Below, one piece after another: positions 44,503 to 55,479 of a stretch of 64,000 bases of DNA (the first letter of the stretch is position 1; each line of letters starts with the position of its first letter). Location of the stretch: NCBI GenBank assembly GCA_964016885.1, contig OZ024745.1, positions 21,390,001 through 21,454,000 of the forward strand, in the 5' to 3' direction. The DNA comes from Eledone cirrhosa. Lineage: Eukaryota. Below the pieces are notes generated by a model, which made no database searches, was not told where the DNA came from, and saw only the letters and a program-made list of their open reading frames with translations. Position numbers and translations under genes: made by a program.

Positions 44503-44546
44503 TAAGCAATAAGAAGAACAACGATTTAGGATAAAGTCCATGAAAC

Positions 44547-44771
44547 AATTGTTTCTAACATAGACACAACGCCAGTAACTTATTATGCGGGAGTGGGGGG
44601 ATTCGATTACGTAAATCACCACCAGTATTATATTGGTACCTTTATTTTGTCGACCCTGAAAGTTAGAATGGTAAATCTGACCTCAGTATGTTTAAAGTTT
44701 GAGAGTAAAATGCCGTAACTAAATGCTAAAAAGCAGTTTGTTCGACGCTCTGAGTTTGCTAATTCACCGCC
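44547..44771 (-). mobile_element. tRNA-derived SINE, older and diverged copy
   Basis: Degenerate match to the neighbouring copies (AATTGTTTCTA...GGTACCTTTATTTTGTCGACCCTGAAAG...GACCTC...CACCGCC). Confidence 0.7.
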
Positions 44772-44787
44772 CTAACTGGATGAAAAA

Positions 44788-44967
44788 AATGTTTCTACAT
44801 TTTGCACAAGGCCAGCAATTGCCAGTGTATTACTGGTACTTTATTCTATCGACCCCGTAAGGATGAAAGGCAAAGTTGACCTCGGCAGGATTTGAATTCA
44901 GACTGTAACGGGCCGTAACTCTATGCTGCAAAGTATGGCGTCCGAGCCTCTACCGATACTGCCAATC
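44788..44967 (-). mobile_element. tRNA-derived SINE
   Basis: Core ACTGGTACTTTATTCTATCGACCCCGTAAGGATGAAAGGCAAAGTTGACCTCGGCAGGATTTGAA is shared with five other copies. Minus strand shows box A-like TGGCAGTATCGG and box B-like GAATTCAAATCC. Confidence 0.85.
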
Positions 44968-44977
44968 AATACTTAAT

Positions 44978-45159
44978 AATTGTTTTGGCACAAGGCCAGC
45001 AATTACCCAGTGTATTACTGGTACTTTATTTTATCGACCCCGTAAGGAGGAAAGGCAAAGTTAACCTCGGCGGGATTTGAACTCAAACAGTAAAGGGACG
45101 TATTTCTATGCTTCAATGCATGGCGTCCGACTCTCTACCGATACTGCCAATCCACCGCC
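44978..45159 (-). mobile_element. tRNA-derived SINE
   Basis: Minus strand begins GGCGGTGGATTGGCAGTATCGG (box A-like) and contains GAGTTCAAATCC (box B-like). CACCGCCCTAACTGGATG occurs at both 44765-44782 and 45153-45170, a possible target duplication. Confidence 0.85.
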
Positions 45160-45519
45160 CTAACTGGATGGAATAGTAATCAATGAAACTAGAAATATTA
45201 AGTATTGAACTGAGGACATCAACAATTACACCGCACTTTGTCACTTGAATACTCAGGAGAAGAAACAGTGAAGAAATAAAGTTGTAGAATGTAGTGTGAC
45301 AAGATCCGCCATATTCTGTCAAATCTCCTCAGTCTTTTTCTCTACACGTTTCCCAAAGAAAGGATTTTTGTTCATTTTACAGCTTACATCATTTCGATTT
45401 CAGAAAAGAAAAAAGAAAATAAGACGAAAATATAAAACTTAAAAACAAAAACTATTAAAAATACATAATAAAACAATAAAAAAATTGAGCATCTGTAAAT
45501 AAGAGAACAAAACAAATAC

Positions 45520-46346
45520 ACGAAATACACATATACATTCACATACATATTCATAACACACACATACAAAAACACACATATTCAAACACACACATATACA
45601 AATACACACATATTTAAACACATACATATTCATAACACACACATATACAAATACACACATATTTAAACACATACATATTCATAACACACACATATACAAA
45701 TACACAGATATTTAAACACATACATATACAAATACACACATATTTAAACACATACATATTCATAACACACACATATACAAATACAGACATATTTAAACAC
45801 ATACATATTCATAACACACACATATACAAATACACACATATTTAAACATATTTAAGCACACATATTCAAAATACACACATGTATAAACGCATACATATTC
45901 ATAACACACACATTCATACATACACATATTTAAGCATCACATATTCAAACATACACACATTCATATATATATATATATATTCAAACAGACACATATACAA
46001 ACACACACATATTCAAATACACACATATACATACATACACATATACATACAAACACATATTCAAATAAACAATTATTCAAACACACACATATTCAAACAC
46101 ACACATATTCAAACACACATATATTCAAACACACACATATACAAATACACACATATACAAAACACACATATTCAAACACACACATATACAAATACACACA
46201 TATTCAAACACGCACATATTCAAACACACACATATTCAAACATACACATATTCAAACATACACATATTCAAACACACATATTCAAACACACACATATTCA
46301 AACACACCCATATTCAAACACACACATATTCAAACATACACATATT
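45520..46346. repeat. AC/AT-rich minisatellite and low-complexity tract
   Basis: Roughly 50-bp units (TATTTAAACACATACATATTCATAACACACACATATACAAATACACACA) grading into TATTCAAACACACACA units. Confidence 0.9.
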
Positions 46347-46499
46347 TAAATAAACAGGTGCACACCCACACCCAAACGTAAACACACACATGCACACATA
46401 CATGAACACACACATACACACGCACACACCTTTAGAATGCATATGTACTCAGGAAAAGAAAGAAAAAAAACACTAAACAGGCATACACATAGTAGAACT

Positions 46500-46740
46500 A
46501 GAGAAACAGAGAGAAAAAGCACAAGAAAGAGATAAGAAGAGTGTGAGAGGAAGGAAAAGAGAGGAGAAAGAGAAGGAAGAAAGAGAGAGAAGAAAGAGAG
46601 AGAAGAAAGAGAGAGAAGAAAGACAATAGAGAGGGAGAGGGATGAGAGTGAAAGTGAGAGAGAAGAAAAAGAGGGAAGAAAGAGAAAGAAAGGGAGAGAA
46701 GAAAGAGAGAGAGAGGGAGAGAGAGTGAGAGAGAGAGAGA

Positions 46741-46779
<39 letters not shown>

Positions 46780-46800
46780 GATAGAAAAGGGAAGAGAGAG
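46500..46800. repeat. (GA)n / polypurine tract
   Basis: Purine-rich GA repeats read directly from the sequence. Confidence 0.9.
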
Positions 46801-47487
46801 AAATCGGAAGGAAGCAGCTTGTGTGTTTAAAAGACAAACAGTCTAAGAAACGTTGCAGTTAAACAAGACTAAATAGACAGACAGATGGAAATCTAAAACA
46901 TCGCCATCAACACGACCGCAGAAAAATGACAAATTGAGCTAAAAAACAACAAAACATAACAAAACAAATACCCCCCACCCCCACCCACACAAAAATCAAA
47001 TAAGAAATATGTAAATAAATAAAACAAAATAAATAATGAAAATAAAAATTATAAAGAACCTAAATAAAGAAAATATAAAGATAATATAAAGAAAATATAA
47101 ATATAAAGAAAATATATTAAACCAAAAAGATGTCAAAGTGAAAAACGAGAAAATTGAAAAAAAAAATAAAATAAATGAAATAAAAATGGTTAAAAGAAAG
47201 ATAATCCAGTAAATGAAAGTAAAATCTGAACGTAAGTTATGTACCATATATATATATATATATATATATATACAAATTTTAGTACAGCATTAACGAAGCT
47301 TTAGGTTGCGGCCAAGCTAACGAATGCAAATTCGGTATGTTGCTTTAGCACTCGATAGGAAATAGTACCCTAGAGTAATAACAATACCTTTAGACAGCTT
47401 TGCAAATCAAATATAGCGATCGGCAGTCCAGCCGCATTACCATAGCAGCGAAAATGGTTGGACTCAAAAAAGATTTTAGACTGACCT

Positions 47488-47536
<49 letters not shown>

Positions 47537-47642
47537 TGTATATATAGTGTATACTTAATTAAAAACATTTTGAAGACCTTACGCTATTGTTTTAAAGTAG
47601 TGACAATGTCACTTACTTCAATTTTCAGCAAAGAAGGGTAGA

Positions 47643-47691
47643 TAAGCTGACAGAGCTCTGTTTCGTACTTGTTGGTACTTATCAAAGCTCA
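47643..47691 (-). ncRNA. Minimal type I hammerhead ribozyme motif (U3-A8 core variant)
   Basis: Minus strand reads TGAGCT-TTGATAA-GTAC-CAACAA-GTAC-GAAA-CAGAGCTCTG-TC-AGCTTA: stem I, core, stem II, GAAA, palindromic stem III, GUC cleavage triplet, stem I partner. Confidence 0.8.
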
Positions 47692-47946
47692 GTACTCCTC
47701 CTGTCTGCTGAAAATTATGAATGTTGGATTCTTATAGAATTCCAGTAATAATCAGGAACTGATTATACGGAGCGGTTGCCGGTCCAGCAAAAATTGAAAA
47801 TTAGAATTGGTGCTCTGAAATAGCGATATATATATGAATGTATATATAGTGTATTTTGCAATACACTGTATGCTTAATTACAATGATTATTACTGGAATT
47901 CTATAAGAATCCAACATTCATAATTTTCAGCAGACAGGATGAGTGC

Positions 47947-47995
47947 TGAGCTTTGATAAGTACCAACAAGTACGAAACAGAGCTCTGTCAGCTTA
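47947..47995 (+). ncRNA. Minimal type I hammerhead ribozyme motif (U3-A8 core variant)
   Basis: Plus strand has the identical 49-nt motif TGAGCT-TTGATAA-GTAC-CAACAA-GTAC-GAAA-CAGAGCTCTG-TC-AGCTTA. Predicted cleavage is after C47989. Confidence 0.8.
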
Positions 47996-48150
47996 TCTCC
48001 TCTTGTTTGCTGAAAATCGAAGTAAATGACATTGTCACTACTTTAAAACAATAGCATATGGTCTTCAAAATGCTTTTAATTAAGCATACAGTGTATTGCA
48101 AAATACACTGTATATACATTCATATATATATCGCTATTTCAGAGCACCAA

Positions 48151-48155
<5 letters not shown>

Positions 48156-48232
<77 letters not shown>

Positions 48233-48266
48233 CACATATGCATATATATATATACACATATATACG

Positions 48267-48305
<39 letters not shown>

Positions 48306-48400
48306 TTATACATACATATGTGTATATGTATATGCATATATATACATGTATGTACACACACACATACACACACACATATATATGTGTGTGTGTGTGTGTT
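48156..48400. repeat. (TA)n/(CA)n/(TG)n microsatellite
   Basis: Read directly. Similar (TA)n tracts lie at about 47246-47272, 47490-47533, 48944-49166, 49234-49272, 49426-49504, 49683-49760, 50672-50733, 52199-52492, 52906-53300, 55425-55477, 55668-55783, 55936-56038 and 56203-56405. Confidence 0.95.
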
Positions 48401-48566
48401 TGCATGTGTCTTTGTGAGTGTACTTTTATAGAGACATCATATCTCTGCGTCCGTCCCAGCAAATGACTGATGAGAACCGCTAGGCGGCAGCTGTCTTGCT
48501 ATTTACATATCTGTTGCTTCATATCACCAGTTCGAATATCACAAACATCGCATTTTATGGGCTGTT

Positions 48567-48696
48567 TTCTTCTTCTTCTTCTTCTTCTTCTTCTTCTTCT
48601 TCTTCTTCTTCTTCTTCTTCTTCTTCTTCTTCTTCTTCTTCTTCTTCTTCTTCTTCTTCTTCTTCTTCTTCTTCTTCTTCTTCTTCTTCTTCTTCT
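48567..48696. repeat. (TTC)n microsatellite, about 43 units
   Basis: Perfect TTC run read directly. Confidence 0.98.
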
Positions 48697-48994
48697 CCAT
48701 GATGGGAGACACTACATGAAGCCGCAGTGCACCACTTATGCCTATTCAGTGTTATTCCAGTGACGTAGGTCTATGTGTTGTACCGTTACTTTATGCACTC
48801 TGTACCTCCATGTGCAATTCGCAGCTGCCACCACGCCTGGGTTTTGAATCCCTAGGTACCACAATATATATTAGGTGTGTAAAACATAAGTTAGCTACAT
48901 AGGGCAATCAGTTTTTCTTCCTTCTCACGGACATTTTTTCTCCATATACATATATACACACACACACATATATATTATATATATAAATATATAC

Positions 48995-49075
<81 letters not shown>

Positions 49076-49230
49076 ATATATACATATATATATATATATA
49101 TATACATATAAATATATATATATATACATATAATATATATATATTCATATATATATATATATATATGAAAAAAAAAGATTTTAAATCACTTTTAATTCCT
49201 TACACATGTTTCAAGAGAGTTGTACATCAA

Positions 49231-49275
<45 letters not shown>

Positions 49276-49346
49276 AAAAAAAGATGAAATCGAAAATGCA
49301 ACTGGAGTCTTATTTTTTAAAAAATATATATATATTTATTTGGTTC

Positions 49347-49382
49347 CTTTACCGATTTCGCAGTTCTTCTGCTTTTCAAAAG
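49347..49382 (-). ncRNA. Minimal hammerhead motif (U3-A8), one mismatch in stem III
   Basis: Minus strand reads CTT-TTGAAAA-GCAG-AAGAA-CTGC-GAAA-TCGG-TA-AAG. Confidence 0.55.
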
Positions 49383-49422
49383 TAGATTTGAGATGGAGGG
49401 TCTGTGGTTTTTCTCACATCTC

Positions 49423-49507
<85 letters not shown>

Positions 49508-49528
49508 CAATTCTCCATCTCAAATCTA

Positions 49529-49564
49529 CTTTAGAAAAGCAGAAGAACTGCGAAACCGGTAAAG
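49529..49564 (+). ncRNA. Minimal hammerhead motif (U3-A8), U4 mutated
   Basis: Plus strand reads CTT-TAGAAAA-GCAG-AAGAA-CTGC-GAAA-CCGG-TA-AAG, with palindromic stem III ACCGGT and a GUA triplet. Confidence 0.5.
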
Positions 49565-49690
49565 GAACCAAATAAATATATATATTTTTAAAAAAATAAG
49601 ACTCCAGTTGCATTTTCGATTTCATCTGTTTTTCTTTATACTTTCACTCATGTAGGACACCTCGGTTATTTTTCATTTTCTAATATATAC

Positions 49691-49733
<43 letters not shown>

Positions 49734-49904
49734 TATATATATATATGTATATATATACATTTCCCGACAGAGCTATTCTGTTGGAGAACGGGTCGCATGT
49801 GGCGGATACCAATACTTTAACCATATGATGGTTAATTATGGCGATATAACATATACATAGTGTTGAGGGTTTACGTACGAAATGAACAAGGAATGAGAAA
49901 TAAT

Positions 49905-50089
49905 TGTTTCTACTTTTGGCACAAGGCCAGTAATTACCCAGTACATTACTGGTACTTTATTTTATCGACCCCGTAAGGATGAAATGCAAAGTTAACCTCG
50001 ACGGGATTTGAACTCAGAATGGCAAGAGCCGTAACTCTATGCGTCAAAGCATGGCGTCCGACCCTCTACCGATACTGCCAATCCACCGC
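49905..50089 (-). mobile_element. tRNA-derived SINE, near full length, with TSD
   Basis: Same family core with box A-like and box B-like motifs. 10-bp direct repeat GAGAAATAAT at 49895-49904 and 50090-50099. Confidence 0.9.
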
Positions 50090-50334
50090 GAGAAATAATA
50101 TAATTTTAAATGGTATGAAATGTGCCAAATAGATACATATCTATGAAAGTTTGTTCATGTAACTACACATATCCCGGATTGACTTTGGTGCCAAAACCCC
50201 TACAGATACTGGCTGGCTGTTGACCCAATCAGTGCGAGACATGCGGTGATATTTCTTCTCATCTCGTACAAGTGGTAATCTCCTTATAATATATAACCAG
50301 CAATTTCTCTGTTTGTCTGTCCGTCCGACAGTGG

Positions 50335-50580
50335 AAACACGTGCGCGCGTGCGAATGTTTTTTGCGCACGCGTAGAGAGAGAGTGAGAGTGAAAGAAAGA
50401 GACAGACTACGAGAGGAAGATAGCGGGAGGGAGAGAGGGAGAGAGAGAGAGTGAATAGACGCTAAAACACGTGCGCGCGTGCGAATGTTTTTTTGCGCAC
50501 GCGTAGAGAGAGAGAGTGAGAGTGAAAGAAAGAGACAGACGACAAGAGGGGGATAGCGGGAGGGAGAGAGGGGGGAATAG
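50335..50580. repeat. About 130-bp tandem duplication (CpG-rich head plus GA tract)
   Basis: AAACACGTGCGCGCGTGCGAATGTTTTTTGCGCACGCGTAGAGAG... occurs twice. Confidence 0.9.
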
Positions 50581-50669
50581 AGGAGTGCTACAGAAACATA
50601 TATACATTTCTGTGTGTGTCTAATATATATATATATACACACAGAAATATATATACATTTCTGTGTGTG

Positions 50670-50742
<73 letters not shown>

Positions 50743-50837
50743 GTAATATATATATATTTCCGTGTGTGTGTATATATATATATATATATATTACACACAC
50801 AGAAATGTATATATATTTCTGTGTGTATATATATATA

Positions 50838-51060
50838 CACACTTTGATTACCTGTACAGGCAATATATATATTTGAATGGTGTATACATTTTAGGGACCC
50901 CGGTATATATATATATATGGTGTCCCCGAAAAATGTATACACACTTTGATTACCTGTACAGGCAATATATATATTAAAATGGTGTATACATTTTTAGGGA
51001 CACCGTTATATATATATATATATGGTGTCCCTATATGTATACACACTTTGATTACCTGTA
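50838..51060. repeat. About 103-bp tandem repeat (2.2 copies) with internal fold-back
   Basis: CACACTTTGATTACCTGTAC at about 50838, 50940 and 51042. Each unit contains TGTATACATTTT..GGGAC.CC (TA)n GGTGTCCC..ATGTATACA. Confidence 0.85.
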
Positions 51061-51099
51061 CTAGACTACTCGTGACCCAACGGGTCACGAGTAGTCTAG

Positions 51100-51768
51100 T
51101 CTTTATATATAAAACTGAGGATGTCTGTCTGTGAGTGTGTGAGTTTGAATCCTTAAAACTAGAGAAGCACCCAACCGACTGTTTTCAAACTTTACACATG
51201 AAATATTTATGCTTCAGGGAGTGTTCTGAACCAAAAAGAATTTCAAATTTTCAATGCCCTAGGGACCGCATTGGGCGATTAACGATCTCTCTCTATCATT
51301 CTTAGTCTTTCTCTTTTTAGATAGATATATACATATAATGTCGCGCCCTTATAATATCTGTCTGTATGTCTGGCTGTCTGCATTACGTCACTTCCTACAA
51401 TTTGCTCTGCGTCCAGAACGTGCCCTTATAATATCTGTCTGTATGTCTGGCTGTCTGCATTACGTCACTTCCTACAATTTGCTCTGCGTCCAGAACGTGC
51501 CCTTATAATAGCTGTCTGTATGTCTGGATGTCTGCTGCCTCCGGTTATTCCGCCACCCTTGCTCAATACAAATCTCACTCTCATTCCTCAAACAGTTGGT
51601 AAGTGCACACAACTTCTTCCTCACGTTTTAAGCCACAGTGTTGCTTACTTACCTACCACCAGACCCTTACTTCTTTGCCAGCCGTGGTTGTGGAAATACT
51701 AAGCTTAGCTAAGGCGGTTATATATTTCACAATACCTTATCCGGTGCAACGCAGGGTACCATTGCTAG
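51100..51768 (+). mobile_element. Probable non-autonomous Helitron-like element B
   Basis: Starts TCTTTATATATAAAACT...GTCTGTCTGT and ends with an imperfect hairpin (ATCCGGTGCAACGCAGGGT) followed by ACCATTGCTAG. Contains a 77-bp tandem repeat starting at 51345, 51422 and 51499. Confidence 0.6.
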
Positions 51769-52209
51769 GGGAAGATATTTCTGAGGGGTTTAGCCAAAGA
51801 GGAGGAAAGTTTTTGTCTCAGTCACTTGAATGTCACTAAGGGTATTCAAGAACCAGGAATCTTTGACTCACCTGGAGTTATAGTAGAATAGACATACTCA
51901 ATGTTTCACGACAAGAAATAGAACCCGAGATTCGAGGAAGTGACAACCACACTTGACTAAAAACATTAAATTTATATTGGCTGATACTGAGATTAATCAT
52001 ATATTTCCTGTGGATTTGCTAAGAATTCTGCTACAATATATAGAACATTCAATAGAAAATATAAAGTAACTGCTATTACCAGAATTTGTATTCACACTGC
52101 TTACTCTAAACTATACGTTGGAGTTATAATTCCTTAGAAAAAAATGTTTCCCTCCAACACATATTGTAAAATCTGCACCACCTGATGTTTTATTCCCGAT
52201 ATATATCAT

Positions 52210-52280
<71 letters not shown>

Positions 52281-52387
52281 CACACACACATATATATATA
52301 CACACACATATATATATATATATATAATATATATATAATATATATATATATAAGAGTGTTGAAGTTTGCTATATATATTTATATAAT

Positions 52388-52442
<55 letters not shown>

Positions 52443-52910
52443 TATAAATATACATATTATATATATATATATATATATCTATATATATATATCAAAACCG
52501 AGCATGCGTGGTTGTGACTTAAGAGAATATTAAAAGAACCATTATACACACTCACGCACATACACATACGCACACATACACGCACACACACTCACATATA
52601 CATACATATATAGTGTACCGAGAGAGGTACAGAAAGATGTGGTATGAATATTTGTGACTTAATATGCCAATCAAGATACGGTTGTGGTGGGAACGGAATG
52701 TAGGCAATATTATATATGCAAACGTCTAAATAACTAGACCATTAAATACATAGCATGGTATGATATAGTCGTCCCAGACGATATATCTACGAGCTTCACT
52801 GGGCACAAAGATTGCTATCTCGCCTTCGTGTCCTCTGAAGTTTATAGGTATGTATTGGGATGCCTATGAGATATCAGAGTATGGATTTTATGGTTTAGTT
52901 TCCTGTATAT

Positions 52911-52977
<67 letters not shown>

Positions 52978-53128
52978 TATATATATAATATATATATATA
53001 TATACACAGGAAACTAAACCATAAAATCCATACTATATATATATATATATGTATGCACGTATATATATATATATACGTATGCACGCATGCACACACACAC
53101 ATATATATATATTTTGCATATATGTATT

Positions 53129-53164
<36 letters not shown>

Positions 53165-53257
53165 TATATGTGTTTGTGTATATATATATATGTATATATA
53201 TATATATTCATATATATATATTTATATATATATATATATATACATACATATATATAT

Positions 53258-53302
<45 letters not shown>

Positions 53303-53627
53303 ATTATATTTATGCGTTTGTTCATGTATATATGTATGGTTGTATGAATGAAAGAATGTATGTATGTAAGTATGTATGTATGTATGAATATATATATATA
53401 TATGTATAATTCTATGGTTGTTATGTTTATATGTAACAGGTATATCTTTATTTCTAATGGTGTGCCATAGAATATTCCAGATAGATATCAACTGCTATCT
53501 TCTTCTGCAACTATGACTCAACAATTACCCGCTAGAAAATTCTGCTATCTTGCTGCATCAATTATTTCACCAAATTGTCATAGTTATTTTTTCAACGTGA
53601 CGATAATTCCAGCATTTTTACGTTGTA

Positions 53628-53946
53628 CAGTGGAGCCTCGGTTCACGACTTAAACTGTTTTTGAATGTCATACAACACTCGAATTGTTCGTAAGCCAAAA
53701 CCTATCTTTCACATACGAAATATTTAGAGAGAAATACCTTGAAAAAGAGAGACTGTTAGATATCATCTTAGTAACTAACTGCTCAGCAAGCGACGTTTCA
53801 TGCCGATACTCTTAGCTTGTTGTTGCCGGTATGCGTGTTCGTTCCTCGAGACACCGTTTGTAACCCGAGACATTTTATGTTCAGAAAAATTCTTCGTTAA
53901 TTGATTTATTCGTGATGAGTGGTGTTCGTGAACCGAGGTTCCACTG
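53628..53946. mobile_element. Tc1/mariner (pogo/Tigger-type) MITE
   Basis: TIRs CAGTGGAGCCTCGGTTCACGA and TCGTGAACCGAGGTTCCACTG (20/21 match). TA on both sides (53626-27, 53947-48). No ORF. Confidence 0.9.
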
Positions 53947-54039
53947 TATACGTATATTCTTTACAATTTCTCATAAAACTAGGAATTGTGGTCGTTGACA
54001 TAAATTGTTAGAACTATAGACATTAACTTAAAAGCCTCT

Positions 54040-54156
54040 GAGTTCAAATCCCACCGTGGTTAACTTTGCCTTTCATCATTACGGGGTCGATAAAATAAAG
54101 TACCAGTAATGTACTGAGAAATTGCTGGCCTTGTGCCAAAAGTAGAAACAATCAAT
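54040..54156 (+). mobile_element. 5'-truncated tRNA-derived SINE with TSD
   Basis: GAGTTCAAATCC...GGGGTCGATAAAATAAAGTACCAGT...GGCCTTGTGCCAAAAGTAGAAACAAT, flanked by TTAAAAGCCTCT (54028-39) and TTAGAAGCCTCT (54157-68). Confidence 0.88.
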
Positions 54157-55416
54157 TTAGAAGCCTCTAACCACGTAGATAATAACAACGAAAGTTAACA
54201 TAAGCAACGGAAGATGATTGCATATATTGTTGTCGTTAGAGTAGCCTCTCTTTGTCTCGGGCAATGGCAATCGTTGAAAGTTGCTCCTGTCGAATCCTTT
54301 CCTCTTTTGTATACCTAAGATTGCATTGTGTCAAATGCCCTTCCATTTTTAATATGCGACGGTTATGATTTAAGAAGATGTGGCTGTTGTTTCTAGAAGG
54401 TTAACTATATAGAGATTTCACTAACATTTTCTCTGAGTAATTAACCATAGTAATTAATTTCTTAAGATATCTTAGCTTCTCACTTATATTTGTGTACAAT
54501 ATTGGGCATCTACTTAGTGGATCTCTTATCCTAGCTTCAGCTAATATAGCGAGGATCACCTTCATAATATAAAGTATTAAAAGATGTCCGATGTTGTCGC
54601 CAATACTTACCGAATTTATTGAGCTTATTTAGTGTTTTCCTCATCACATAATTATTAGTAATTAGATGTATGATGAGTACTACTTTACGTATTCTAAAGT
54701 TACCTCAATTATTTTTCTCAAACACACATAGTCTCCAACTTGTATTTTCTAGAGCAATTACAACAATTTGTGACTTTTTGAACTAAAAAAATGCACCACT
54801 CCATCTGCATTCTTCTCGGTGCATATATTTCAACTCCTTTATCTTACTGTCCAAAACAAATTCCTCCATCTTCTCTGCTAACATCTGGCACATCGACATC
54901 ATCCATATTTTTATTGCAGACTTCGGCCAAAGGATTTTCAAGATGAGCGTCAACCATATCTTATGATCTCTTCACTACCTATAAATGTCATGTTACTTTC
55001 GGTGAGAATTATTGTCAGAAGCACAACTAATCGAGTATTTCTTGTTTCCCTGTCAATATAAGAAGACTCCCTTCGTTGAAGATTGAACATGACCTTGGGT
55101 TTGTTCACGAGTTTTCAGATTTGTCTCTAGAATTGATGGTCTTCAAGCAAACTAAATTTTAATACAACACGATGGACACTTAACAACCATTTTGTGCAAC
55201 ATAGAAGTGATAAAGCAGAAGAGTGAAAAACAAACAAACAAAAGAACCCTTTGCATAGTTTTCTTACATCCTCTTCCCATTTGTCAAAACATCAATATTC
55301 TGAGATAAGTAGTAATTGTTGTCAATATATATTTATATAAACATGCATACGGACAGACACACATTTATATATATATACATGCATTCAAACGCACACACAC
55401 ACATACATACACACAC

Positions 55417-55479
<63 letters not shown>

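Larger units (their letters stand above)
47524..48157. mobile_element. Short non-coding retroelement (retrozyme-like or Penelope pseudo-LTR-like) with inverted duplication, between (TA)n tracts
   Basis: 47524-47754 and 47800-47880 are both reverse complements of parts of 47884-48157. Each long arm contains a hammerhead motif. Confidence 0.7.
49271..49683. mobile_element. Second short hammerhead-bearing element with inverted arms in (TA)n
   Basis: 49271-49398 is the near-perfect reverse complement of 49513-49640. A (TA)n tract lies between the arms and on both flanks. Confidence 0.6.
50279..51099 (+). mobile_element. Probable non-autonomous Helitron-like element A
   Basis: Starts A|TCTCCTTATAATATATA followed by CTGT/CCGT repeats. 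Has internal tandem duplications and ends with hairpin GTGACCC-AAC-GGGTCAC then CTAG|T. Confidence 0.55.

Noticed and set aside
43871-44548. Signal-peptide-like start (MFHGLYPKSLFFLLL) fused to the repeat peptide
   Set aside because: The start codon is TTG rather than ATG, it overlaps a SINE tail, and the ORF stops after 225 codons.
162-44622. Hundreds of minus-strand ORFs as real genes (Cys/His-containing repeat or zinc-finger protein)
   Set aside because: All three frames give the same periodic peptide, nonsense variants are common, and there is no C2H2 spacing or unique domain. They are satellite translations.
48825-48862. tRNA-like 3' end (GGGTTTTGAATCCC..ACCA)
   Set aside because: Only a box B-like motif. 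No cloverleaf or box A can be built.
49183-49235. Possible hammerhead on the minus strand (TTGATGT..GAAACATGTG)
   Set aside because: Core mismatches, G at the cleavage position and no convincing stem I or II.
54690-55140. Coding-looking minus-strand stretch ending at a GT donor-like site
   Set aside because: Stops interrupt the frames I translated and no recognisable motif was found, so it cannot be called an exon or transposase.
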